From Acidimicrobiia bacterium (GTDB taxonomy: Bacteria; Actinomycetota; Acidimicrobiia; Acidimicrobiales; SHLQ01), in assembly GCA_029858875.1 (NCBI GenBank), contig JAOUEE010000003.1, positions 1 through 39,354 of the forward strand: a stretch of 39,354 nucleotides of DNA. Direction: 5' to 3'. Positions 30,409-39,006 of the stretch are shown piece after piece. The notes under the pieces were generated by a model. The model was not told the origin of the DNA, searched no databases, and saw only the letters and a list, made by a program, of their open reading frames with translations. Position 1 is the stretch's first letter. The number at the start of each line of letters is the position of its first letter. Made by a program: the position numbers and the translations under genes.

Positions 30409-30518
30409 TGGCCCGCCGGCCTCGAACGGCCGGTCCCGCCACGCCTCGCACGCGGCAGGCGATCCACACCGGCCATCGAGACCGCGCCGCACATGGTGAG
30501 CCGCACCAGACGGGCGGG

Positions 30519-31388
30519 TCACTCGCTGACGCTGGGACCCCGTGTCACGTCGGTGAGGCCGTCGCGGGTGAGGAAGTAGTTGGTGCTCTCCTGCATCCAT
30601 CGACCGGTCATGGCGAACACCGACCCGCCGTCGAGGTCGACGATGCTGCCGTGGGCCCATCGGGAGGCTGGGCCACACAGCGCCACCATCGACTCGGCGA
30701 TGTCCTCGGGTGTGGCGCCGTGCTGAAGTGGGTGGGTCCGCTCCTCGGCCTCGACGGCGTAGGCGTACAGATCCCCGAGCATGGACTTGATCGAGTCTCC
30801 CAGGATTGTGCCCGGGTTGACGCCGAGGAGGGTGATGCCGGTGGGTCCCAGCTCGACGGCCAGATACCGGATCATCGCCTCCATGGCCGCTTTGGCGCCG
30901 GCCAGGATGCCGTGGGCCGGGATGTACGTGCGGGTGTCGGCACCCGACACCCCGACGATCGTGCCGCCACCCTCCTGCATCAACGGCACACACCGCTGCA
31001 CGACCGACAGGAAGCCCACGCACGAGATCTCGTAGGTCCGGCGCAGGTGTCGCGGCTCGGCGTCGAGCAGGGGCCGGAAGCTGGTCGCGGCGGCGTTGAG
31101 CACACAGATGTCGAGGCCGCCGATGTCATCGGTGATGGCCCGGAAGAGGTGATCGATGTCGTCGGTCTGCTCGAGATCCAGGGGATACACCCAGCTGCGC
31201 CGTCCACCCGACCTGATCTCGTCGGCCACCCGTGCTGCCTCGTCGGCCTGGCTGCGGTAGGTCACCACGACATCGGCGCCGGCGCGGGCCAAGGCCAGCG
31301 CCGTCGCTCGGCCCAGACCCCGCGATGCTCCCGTGACCAGCGCCACCCGGCCGGTGAGGTCGGGCAGGTTCGGCTCGGTCTCGGTCAT
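30519..31388 (-). CDS. SDR oxidoreductase, FabL/enoyl-reductase-like
   Basis: TGASRGLG, LNAAATSFRP, AKAAMEAMIRYLAVELG, DGG. Confidence 0.88.
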   Translation of the reverse strand: MTETEPNLPDLTGRVALVTGASRGLGRATALALARAGADVVVTYRSQADEAARVADEIRSGGRRSWVYPLDLEQTDDIDHLFRAITDDIGGLDICVLNAAATSFRPLLDAEPRHLRRTYEISCVGFLSVVQRCVPLMQEGGGTIVGVSGADTRTYIPAHGILAGAKAAMEAMIRYLAVELGPTGITLLGVNPGTILGDSIKSMLGDLYAYAVEAEERTHPLQHGATPEDIAESMVALCGPASRWAHGSIVDLDGGSVFAMTGRWMQESTNYFLTRDGLTDVTRGPSVSE

Positions 31389-32518
31389 CAACCGGGCGGG
31401 CGGATGGCCCCGGTGAGACCGTACGGCCGGTAGGGCCCCAGGATGTTCTGCTCCAACACGCCGACACCGGTGCGTTCGCCCATCCGCACCTTCATCAGAT
31501 GCTGTACGTGCTGGTTCTCGAATGAGGTGTCGTCCACCGAGTCCAGCGACCACTGCTCGGCCCCCACGGCCACCTCGCCCTTCCACTGACCGTGGCCCCA
31601 CTCGGGGTGTGAGTACCCGATGCCCTTCATCCGATAGGTGAACTGCTTCTCGAACTCGATCTCGTGGCGAGTGCCGTCATCGATGGAGGTGAACGCCAAC
31701 TGTGCCGTCTCGATCATGCGGCTGGTGTCGCTGAACGTCACCCGGTGCTCCAGGTTGCGCATGTGGGTGGCCCCGGGATCCTCGACACCCGGGAGATCGG
31801 CGATCGAGTCGTACACCGGGAGAAAGGCCCCGACCGTGTAGAGCGGGCGTCCCTTGGTGTCCTCGAACAGCTGGTAGTGCACCCCCAGATCGTCGAAGTG
31901 CAACGGCGCCCAGAGGAAGAACAGGCCGGTCTCCCGAGGCAGCGGTGGTGCACCGCGTGGGTCCCCACCGACGAGAGGGCGCAGCCCCCACGATCGATCC
32001 TTGGTCCCGGGCATGTCGGTGCCGGTGAAATGGATGGTCTCCTCGCCGTAGGTGAGCGAACCGGTCCAATGGCCCAGCTGGGTGAAGCGGGTGGTGTCCA
32101 TCACCCGGCGCAGACCGTGCATCCACGTGTGCCGAGGCTCCTCGATGTTGGCCGTACGGCCCTGGAACAGGAGGTCCGCCTTCCAGCCGGTCTCGTTGTC
32201 GTCGAGCGTGAGGCGACACGATCGCATCGGCTCCACGATCTCCAATCGGAACGGGCCGATCTGGAGGTCGGTGGGCTCGTCGGTGGCGCGGGCCGAGGCG
32301 TGGAAGGCGTGTTGAACCCCGTCGATCACGAAGCTGATGCCACAGTCCTTGATGCCCAGGTGCGGGTAGTAGGCGGTGGCCACGCCGAGGTAGGTGCTGG
32401 CATCGGACGAGTAGCCGTTGAACCAGTAGCGCTCGTACACGTCGCGGTCGCTGGACGCGGGGACCGCGATCGGGTCAGGGGTCTGGTGGACCGGGTAGTC
32501 GTCGAAGAGGCTGAGCAT
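31388..32518 (-). CDS. Conserved-looking beta-rich hypothetical protein
   Basis: DDYPVHQT, ERYWFN, RFTQLG, KDRSWGLR, GIGY.HPEWGHG; TGATG coupling to downstream SDR. Confidence 0.8.
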   Translation of the reverse strand: MLSLFDDYPVHQTPDPIAVPASSDRDVYERYWFNGYSSDASTYLGVATAYYPHLGIKDCGISFVIDGVQHAFHASARATDEPTDLQIGPFRLEIVEPMRSCRLTLDDNETGWKADLLFQGRTANIEEPRHTWMHGLRRVMDTTRFTQLGHWTGSLTYGEETIHFTGTDMPGTKDRSWGLRPLVGGDPRGAPPLPRETGLFFLWAPLHFDDLGVHYQLFEDTKGRPLYTVGAFLPVYDSIADLPGVEDPGATHMRNLEHRVTFSDTSRMIETAQLAFTSIDDGTRHEIEFEKQFTYRMKGIGYSHPEWGHGQWKGEVAVGAEQWSLDSVDDTSFENQHVQHLMKVRMGERTGVGVLEQNILGPYRPYGLTGAIRPPG

Positions 32519-32634
32519 CCCGAGATCATGCCGCGCTCGTCGGTCGGCGGCGATTCCTCCGCCGGGCCTGGTGATCTGGCGCCGATACGGCACCGGGTGC
32601 GACGCTGATCGGACTGGACGAGCGAGACCGGATC

Positions 32635-33663
32635 ATGAAGGCACTACTACTCAACGATGGTGAGCTACGGGTCGGGCGGACGGAGGATCCCTCGGCCGGG
32701 CCGGGCCAGGTACTGGCCAGGACCCTCGCCTGTGCCATCTGCGCCAGCGATCACCACATGGTCCATCATGGGCGTCGGCTGGCCGATTGGTCCAACAACC
32801 ACGATGGCCCGTTCCACTTCGACCCCGACCAGGACCTGGTGCTGGGTCACGAGTTGTGCGCCGAGATCGTCGAGTTCGGCCCCGAGACCGACCGCGTGCT
32901 GCCCCTCGGCCAGCGAGTGGTCGGACCGCCCACGCTCTTCCATCCGGGCGGGATGGCGGTGCTCGGTTACTCCAACGACTACCCCGGTGGCTTCGGCGAG
33001 TACCTGTTGATGTCCGAGTCCGTCCTGCTGGCCGTGCCCGACGCGGTCACCACCGACCAGGCCGCCCTGGTCGAGCCGCTGTCGGTCGGCATGCAGTACG
33101 CGCGGGTGGCCGACATCGCGCCCGGTGAGGTGCCGCTGGTCATCGGATGTGGCGCCATCGGCATCGCCGTGATCGCCGCGCTTCGACGCCAAGGGGTGCG
33201 ACCGATCGTGGCGGCGGACTTCTCGCCGATGCGTCGGGCCACGGCGGCGGCATCCGGAGCCGACGAGGTGGTCGATCCCGCCGAGGAGACGGCGTTCGCG
33301 GCCTGGGCCCGCCTGGCGCCGCGGGGTGCTCGGTGCGTGATCGTCGAGTGTGTCGGCGCCAGCGGCGTGCTGAACGGGATCTTCACCGATGCCCCCTGGT
33401 TCAGCCGGGTGATCGTGGCCGGGCAGAACCTCGATGACGATGTCTTCTTCACCGCTTCGGCCCACACCAAGATGCTGAACGTCCAGTTCGGCAGCCTGCC
33501 CATCCCGGCCGACTTCGTCCACGCCCTCGGCGCCATCGCCGACGGCTCCATCGATGTGAGCGGCTGGCTCACCGGAACGGCCCTCCTCGACGACGCGGTG
33601 GACGCGTTCGCCCGCTCGGCCGACACCGAGACCCACACCCGGCTGGTGATCCACCCCGCCTGA
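32635..33663 (+). CDS. Zinc-binding medium-chain dehydrogenase
   Basis: ICASDHH, LGHE, GGFGEY, LVEPL, GCGAIG; no four-Cys structural Zn lobe. Confidence 0.92.
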   Translation: MKALLLNDGELRVGRTEDPSAGPGQVLARTLACAICASDHHMVHHGRRLADWSNNHDGPFHFDPDQDLVLGHELCAEIVEFGPETDRVLPLGQRVVGPPTLFHPGGMAVLGYSNDYPGGFGEYLLMSESVLLAVPDAVTTDQAALVEPLSVGMQYARVADIAPGEVPLVIGCGAIGIAVIAALRRQGVRPIVAADFSPMRRATAAASGADEVVDPAEETAFAAWARLAPRGARCVIVECVGASGVLNGIFTDAPWFSRVIVAGQNLDDDVFFTASAHTKMLNVQFGSLPIPADFVHALGAIADGSIDVSGWLTGTALLDDAVDAFARSADTETHTRLVIHPA

Positions 33664-33738
33664 GCGGCGTCGCCGTTCGGCAGGTCCGGAGGTCACCACT
33701 AGGATCCCAGCGCCATCGAGACGGGGGACATCATCGCC

Positions 33739-34776
33739 ATGCAGGACCTTCGCGAGCTGGGGTTCTACGCCCTGGCCGGCCAGCCGGAGTCGTCGCGTGA
33801 GCTGGTGGCCGAGGTGCAACACGCCGAATCCATGGGGTTGGGCACCGCGTTCATCTCCGAGCGCTACAACAAGAAGGAGGCGGCCGTGCTCAGCGGGGCC
33901 GCGGGTGCCGTCACCGAGCGCATCACCATCGCCACCGCGGCCACCAACCACAACACCCGCCACCCCATGGTCACCGCCGGCTACGCCCGCACCATGCAGA
34001 GCCTCACCGGCGGCCGCTTCGTGCTCGGTCTGGGCCGAGGCATCGGCCTCCTGCAGCAGGCCTACGGGCTGAGCTCGGTCACCACCGCCCAACTGGAGGA
34101 CTTCATCGGCCTCATGCGCCGGCTGTTCCGCGGGGAGTCGATCCTCGGTCACGACGGACCGGCCGGAACGTACCCCTATCTCGGCCTCGACCCCGGGCTC
34201 GACGAGCACCTCCCCATGAACCTGGTGGCCTTCGGTCCCAACACCCTGGCCCTGGCCGGGCGATGCGTGGACGAGGTCATCCTGCACACGTACTTCACCG
34301 ATGAGACCACGGCCCGGTGCGTGCAGACCGTGAAGGTCGCGGCCGAACGGGCCGGCCGTGACCCAGCCGATGTCCGGGTGTGGTCGTGCCTGGCCACGAT
34401 CGGTGACCACCTGCCCGAGGACCGACGCCTGATGAAGTCCGTGGGACGACTGGCCACCTACCTCCAGGGGTACGGCGATCTCCTGGTGCGGACCAACGAC
34501 TGGGATCCGGCGGTGCTCGACCGGTTCCGGGCCGACCCCCTGGTTTCGAGCTTCGCCGGGGGCTTCGACATCTCGGCCACGACCGCCCAGTTGGAGCACG
34601 TGGCCGAGCTGATCCCCGACGATTGGCTGGCCGCCAGCGCCACCGGCAGTCCGGCCGACTGCGTAGAGGCCATCCGCCACCAGGTGGACCTGGGATGCGA
34701 CGCCGTCATCATGCATGGGGCCACGCCGGCCGAGCTGGAACCCATCGTGGCCGAGTACCGGGCCACCCGTCGGTGA
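33739..34776 (+). CDS. LLM-class, probably F420-dependent oxidoreductase (resembles TIGR03857 family)
   Basis: ELGFYALAG, FISERYNKKEA, TNHNTRHP, GGRFVLGLGRG, LATYLQGYG, IMHGATP. Confidence 0.85.
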   Translation: MQDLRELGFYALAGQPESSRELVAEVQHAESMGLGTAFISERYNKKEAAVLSGAAGAVTERITIATAATNHNTRHPMVTAGYARTMQSLTGGRFVLGLGRGIGLLQQAYGLSSVTTAQLEDFIGLMRRLFRGESILGHDGPAGTYPYLGLDPGLDEHLPMNLVAFGPNTLALAGRCVDEVILHTYFTDETTARCVQTVKVAAERAGRDPADVRVWSCLATIGDHLPEDRRLMKSVGRLATYLQGYGDLLVRTNDWDPAVLDRFRADPLVSSFAGGFDISATTAQLEHVAELIPDDWLAASATGSPADCVEAIRHQVDLGCDAVIMHGATPAELEPIVAEYRATRR

Positions 34777-34837
34777 CCGGTCCGACCGACGCCGTCGAGA
34801 CGCCGAGCGGCCTCGCCCTGGCCCACGAGGCGGCCTG

Positions 34838-35692
34838 ATGGATCCCGACCTGCCGGGCGTCCCACTGATCGAGCGGTGGGACCGACTGCTCGACGGCAAG
34901 GTGGCGGTGGTCACCGGTGGTGGTGCGGGCATCGGTGGCGGCATCGCCCGCCTGTTCGCCGAACACGGCGCGCTCGTGGAGGTGGCCGAGATCGTGCCCG
35001 AGCGGGCGGCCGGCGTGCGTGCCGAGATCGAACACGCCGGCGGTGTCTGTCGGACCCATGTCGTGGACGTGCGCCGGGCCGACCACGTCGACCGGTTGCG
35101 AGACGCCGTGCTCGAGGCCCACCAAACGGTCGACGTGCTGGTCAACAACGTCGGTGACCACCGACCGCTGGTGCGGTTCCGGGACTCGTCGCCCGAGTCG
35201 TGGCGGCAGATGTACGACATCAACCTGGGCCACGTGCTGTTGGTCACCCGGGCCTTCCTCGGTCCGATGATCGACGGTGGCGGCGGATCGATCGTGAACG
35301 TGCACTCGGTGGAGGGGATGCGGGGCTACCCCGGCGAGCCGGTGTACGCAGCCATGAAGGCGGCGGTGGCGCACTTCACCACATCCCTCGCCGTGGGCGA
35401 GGGACGGCACGGGGTGCGGGTCAACGGCATCGGCACCGACCTCACCCAGACACCGCAGGTCGACTATCGCACGGGGTACGAGGACGCCGAACACCTGTGG
35501 GAGTCCTGGGCGCCGGTCGGACGACTGGGTTGGCCCGAGGACCAGGCCCGGGTGGCGTTGTTCCTGGCCAGCGATCTCAGTGCCTTCGTCACCGGTCACA
35601 ACATCCCCGTCGACGGCGGGTCGCGGGCGGGGGGCGGCTGGTTCTACTCACCGAGCGCTCGACGCTTCGTGAACCGACCGAAGACCCTGTAA
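34838..35692 (+). CDS. SDR oxidoreductase
   Basis: TGGGAGIG, VNNVG, YAAMK, VTGHNIPVDGG. Confidence 0.92.
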   Translation: MDPDLPGVPLIERWDRLLDGKVAVVTGGGAGIGGGIARLFAEHGALVEVAEIVPERAAGVRAEIEHAGGVCRTHVVDVRRADHVDRLRDAVLEAHQTVDVLVNNVGDHRPLVRFRDSSPESWRQMYDINLGHVLLVTRAFLGPMIDGGGGSIVNVHSVEGMRGYPGEPVYAAMKAAVAHFTTSLAVGEGRHGVRVNGIGTDLTQTPQVDYRTGYEDAEHLWESWAPVGRLGWPEDQARVALFLASDLSAFVTGHNIPVDGGSRAGGGWFYSPSARRFVNRPKTL

Positions 35693-35780
35693 CCCGCCCA
35701 CCCTCACCGATCTGGCGTGACTTCGTCGCGCTGGTTGGCACGAACCAACGCAAATTCGGTCAGCTGGCATACTCGGGCGG

Positions 35781-37247
35781 ATGACGACCAGTGATCGGCC
35801 GAACCTGCTGCTGTTCATGCCCGACCAGTTGCGGGCCGATGCGGTGGGTGCCTTTGGCAATCCGGTGGTCCAGACCCCCAACATCGACGCCCTGGCCGCC
35901 CGGGGCACCCGGTTCACCAACGCCTACGCCCAGCACACGGTGTGCTCGCAGAGCCGGATCTCGATGTTCACCGGGTGGTACCCGCATGTGAACGGTCACC
36001 GCACGCTGTCGCACCTGCTCCAGCCCCACGAGCCGAACATCTTCCGGTCGCTGCGAGCCGGTGGGTACCACGTGGCGCTGGCCGGGGCGCGCGGCGACAT
36101 GATGGGCGAGGGGGTGACGGCCGCATGCAGCGACCGCTTCGGCTGGACCCGGGCCCCCGTGATGGCCGATGTCAGCTGGGTCCGGGGCTCGCGGTTCGAG
36201 CCCGGCGACAAGTGGCACGCCGCCTTCTACGAGGGGTGCCTCGATTCGGAGCCCTTCGACCTCGATGCGGCCACGGTGGCCACTGCGCTCGACTGGTTGG
36301 CCGAGGGGCTCCCCGAACCCTGGTGCCTGTTCGTGCCCCTCATCTACCCACACCCGTCCTTCGAGGTCCACGAGCCCTGGTTCTCCCGACACGACCGCAC
36401 CGCCGTGCCGGCACCGGTGCCGCCCACGTTCGAGGGCAAACCCCGGTTCTACGAAGCCATCCACCACCGCTACGGCCTGGACCGGCTCGACGAGAACGAC
36501 TGGCGGGAGATCATCGCCACCTACTACGGGATGACGGCGAGGGTGGACGAGCAGCTCGGTCAGGTGTTGACCGGCGTCGAACGGGCTGGCGCCACCGATG
36601 ACACCGTCGTGTTCTTCTTCACCGATCACGGCGAGTACCTGGGTGACTACGGCCTGGTGGAGAAGTGGATGTCGGGACTCGACGACTGCCTCACCCGCAA
36701 CCCGCTGATCGTGGCCGATCCCCGAGCCCGGGCCGGACTCGCCCATGACAGCTTCGTGGAGCTGGTCGACCTGACGGCGACGCTCGAGGACTACGCCGGT
36801 CTGGAGCGGACCTACACCCACATGGGCCGCAGTCTGCGGCCGCTGCTCGACGATCCGACGGCCACCCATCGCGATGCGGCCTTCAGCGAGGGTGGGTTCG
36901 TGCGGAGCGAAGAGCCCCTCCTCGAGTCGGGCGCCGGTGGCCACTACCGGCACAAGCAGGACCTCCAGCACGAGGACACCACCCTCACCGGTCGAGCCAT
37001 CTCCATCCGCACGGAGCAGTGGACCTACATCGAGCGGCTGTACGAGGGGCCCGAGCTGTACCACCGGGTCGACGACTCTCGCGAGACCACCAATCTGGCG
37101 GCCCGGCCCGAGCACGGTGACATCGTCCGCCAGCTGAAGGACCGGATCTTCGCCTGGCTGTTCGAGACCAGTGACGTGATCCCGTGGGAGCCCGATCCCC
37201 GGATGGACCCGGTGTTCTTCGAGCAGTGGCGAGCTGCCTCCCCCTGA
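35781..37247 (+). CDS. Cys-type sulfatase family hydrolase
   Basis: PNLLLFMPDQ, CSQSR (variant of CxPxR), PHP, TDHGEYLG, EK. Confidence 0.9.
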   Translation: MTTSDRPNLLLFMPDQLRADAVGAFGNPVVQTPNIDALAARGTRFTNAYAQHTVCSQSRISMFTGWYPHVNGHRTLSHLLQPHEPNIFRSLRAGGYHVALAGARGDMMGEGVTAACSDRFGWTRAPVMADVSWVRGSRFEPGDKWHAAFYEGCLDSEPFDLDAATVATALDWLAEGLPEPWCLFVPLIYPHPSFEVHEPWFSRHDRTAVPAPVPPTFEGKPRFYEAIHHRYGLDRLDENDWREIIATYYGMTARVDEQLGQVLTGVERAGATDDTVVFFFTDHGEYLGDYGLVEKWMSGLDDCLTRNPLIVADPRARAGLAHDSFVELVDLTATLEDYAGLERTYTHMGRSLRPLLDDPTATHRDAAFSEGGFVRSEEPLLESGAGGHYRHKQDLQHEDTTLTGRAISIRTEQWTYIERLYEGPELYHRVDDSRETTNLAARPEHGDIVRQLKDRIFAWLFETSDVIPWEPDPRMDPVFFEQWRAASP

Positions 37248-37255
37248 GGGTGGGG

Positions 37256-38086
37256 CTACTCGGCGGCCATCTCGGCTCGATAGACCAGGCCCAGGGCATC
37301 GGCGCCGGTCAATGTCAGCTGGTCACCGTCGATGCTGAAGGTCACGTCGGTGCCGAGCACGGTGGTGATGTGGTCGGCCTGGGTCATCACGTCGGGTTCG
37401 CACAGCTTCCGGGTCTGGGCGAGCGGTCCCACGCCCAAGGTCCCACCCTCGAGGGTGTACTCGCCGTTGAAGGCGTTGCAGCCGTCGGTGCCGGTGAGGC
37501 GACCGCCCTCTTCGAGGACCAGGTCGATCTCGCCACCGTCGAGGGGGGAGGACACGGCGTCACCGTCGACCAGGCTCTCGAGGAGCCAGTTGGTGCCGGT
37601 GAGCTCGTGGTCAGGGGTGTCGGGCACGGCTTCGAACCGTAGTTCCACGCCGTCGCCGGTCAGCACCAGTGTGTCACCCTCGAGCGTGGCGGCGCTGACC
37701 GTGATGAGGGCGTCGAGGTAGAGGGTCTCCAGGTCCATGGCGGCCGGTGGCTCGCAGGCCATCTCGGTCACGGCGAAGCCATCGAAGATGGTGTCACCGG
37801 TGGCCAGCGCGCCGCTGTAGCCGTTGCACGCCGCGGTACCGCCGACCGTGGTGCCGTCGATCGTGAGCGTCACGGGGTGTGAGTCGAGCAGGTCCGCCGG
37901 CTGGTCGGCGACGGTTGCCGAGGTCAACATCCAGTTCCCCGCCGCGAGCGGGTCGACACCGGGAGTGGTGGTCGTCGAGCCCGGGTCACCGTCGGTTCCG
38001 GCGGTGCCGTTGTCGTCGCTGCCGCAGGCGCTGATGAACAGCACGAGGGCGAGCAGGGTCAGCAGGAAGCGGGTTGGATGTCGCAT
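37256..38086 (-). CDS. Lipoprotein with two META (HslJ-like) domains
   Basis: Lipobox ISA-C; GTAACN...TEMAC and GTDGCN...TRKLC repeats; start 38086 or 38092. Confidence 0.9.
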   Translation of the reverse strand: MRHPTRFLLTLLALVLFISACGSDDNGTAGTDGDPGSTTTTPGVDPLAAGNWMLTSATVADQPADLLDSHPVTLTIDGTTVGGTAACNGYSGALATGDTIFDGFAVTEMACEPPAAMDLETLYLDALITVSAATLEGDTLVLTGDGVELRFEAVPDTPDHELTGTNWLLESLVDGDAVSSPLDGGEIDLVLEEGGRLTGTDGCNAFNGEYTLEGGTLGVGPLAQTRKLCEPDVMTQADHITTVLGTDVTFSIDGDQLTLTGADALGLVYRAEMAAE

Positions 38087-38094
38087 GTCCATTC

Positions 38095-38120
38095 GACGAC
38101 GGCCACCGTCATCTGGTTCC
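38095..38120 (-). promoter_or_regulatory. Putative ECF-sigma promoter GGAACC-N16-CGTC
   Basis: Matches actinobacterial ECF consensus GGAAC-N17-CGTY directly upstream of the META gene. Confidence 0.5.
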
Positions 38121-38201
38121 TCGCCGGGCGAGGTCACCGCCGAGGCCGGCCATGTCATCGGCCGGTCGACCGGCATCACCTGGTGCTCGGGCCGTCGTCG
38201 C

Positions 38202-38918
38202 TCAGAACGCGGCTCGGCCCAGGGCCACCAGCGCAGCCGAGGCCGACAACACCAGGATCACGGTGCGCGTGTGGCCGCGATCGAGGAGCCGGGCGAAGGG
38301 CCTCGACACGGCGAAGCCCGAGACGGTACCCGGCAGCAGCGCCAGTCCGGCAACGAGGTCGTCGGGGTCGAACTGCCCGAACGCGGCGAGGGTGAGCAGC
38401 GAGAGCACCACGCCGATGGTGAAGAAGCGGGCCAGCGTGCTGCGCACGACCGGGCCCTCCGATGACTGCATCACCAGGGCGATGGGTGGTCCGCCGACGG
38501 CGATCGATGTGGCGGTGAATCCGGCGCCGAACCCACCGGTGAAGAGGGTCGCCCGGGTCACTCGCACGTGCAGCCCCGAGGCCGACAGGGCCACCACCAC
38601 GAGCACCGAGATGGCGAAGAACCAGCGCAGCGCGTCGCCGCTGAGCACCACCAGGACCGCGGCGCCGGCGATGTTGCCGGGCACGCGACCGGCGAGGGCG
38701 GGCACCACCCGACCCCAGTCGCCCTCGCCCTTGTCCCGTTGCACCATCAACACGTTGACGGCCAGGGCCGAGACCAGAGCCGGACCCGGCACCAGCTCGG
38801 GGTCGATGAGCACCAGGAACGGCGCTGCGAACATGTTGCCACCGAAGCCGGCCGCACCCTGCACGATCGACCCGATCAGCAGCACCGCATTGGCCAGCAC
38901 CCAGTCGACGAACGTCAT
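38202..38918 (-). CDS. TauE/SafE sulfite exporter family membrane protein
   Basis: QGAAGFGG, GRVPGNIAG, GGPP; about eight hydrophobic segments. Confidence 0.9.
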   Translation of the reverse strand: MTFVDWVLANAVLLIGSIVQGAAGFGGNMFAAPFLVLIDPELVPGPALVSALAVNVLMVQRDKGEGDWGRVVPALAGRVPGNIAGAAVLVVLSGDALRWFFAISVLVVVALSASGLHVRVTRATLFTGGFGAGFTATSIAVGGPPIALVMQSSEGPVVRSTLARFFTIGVVLSLLTLAAFGQFDPDDLVAGLALLPGTVSGFAVSRPFARLLDRGHTRTVILVLSASAALVALGRAAF

Positions 38919-39006
38919 GGCCGGTGCAGGCCCGTCGTGATCACGCAGGCACCGTAGCGGCGCGCGACAGTCGGCGGGGCGGTCGGCGGAGCGCGAGGAT
39001 GACACC

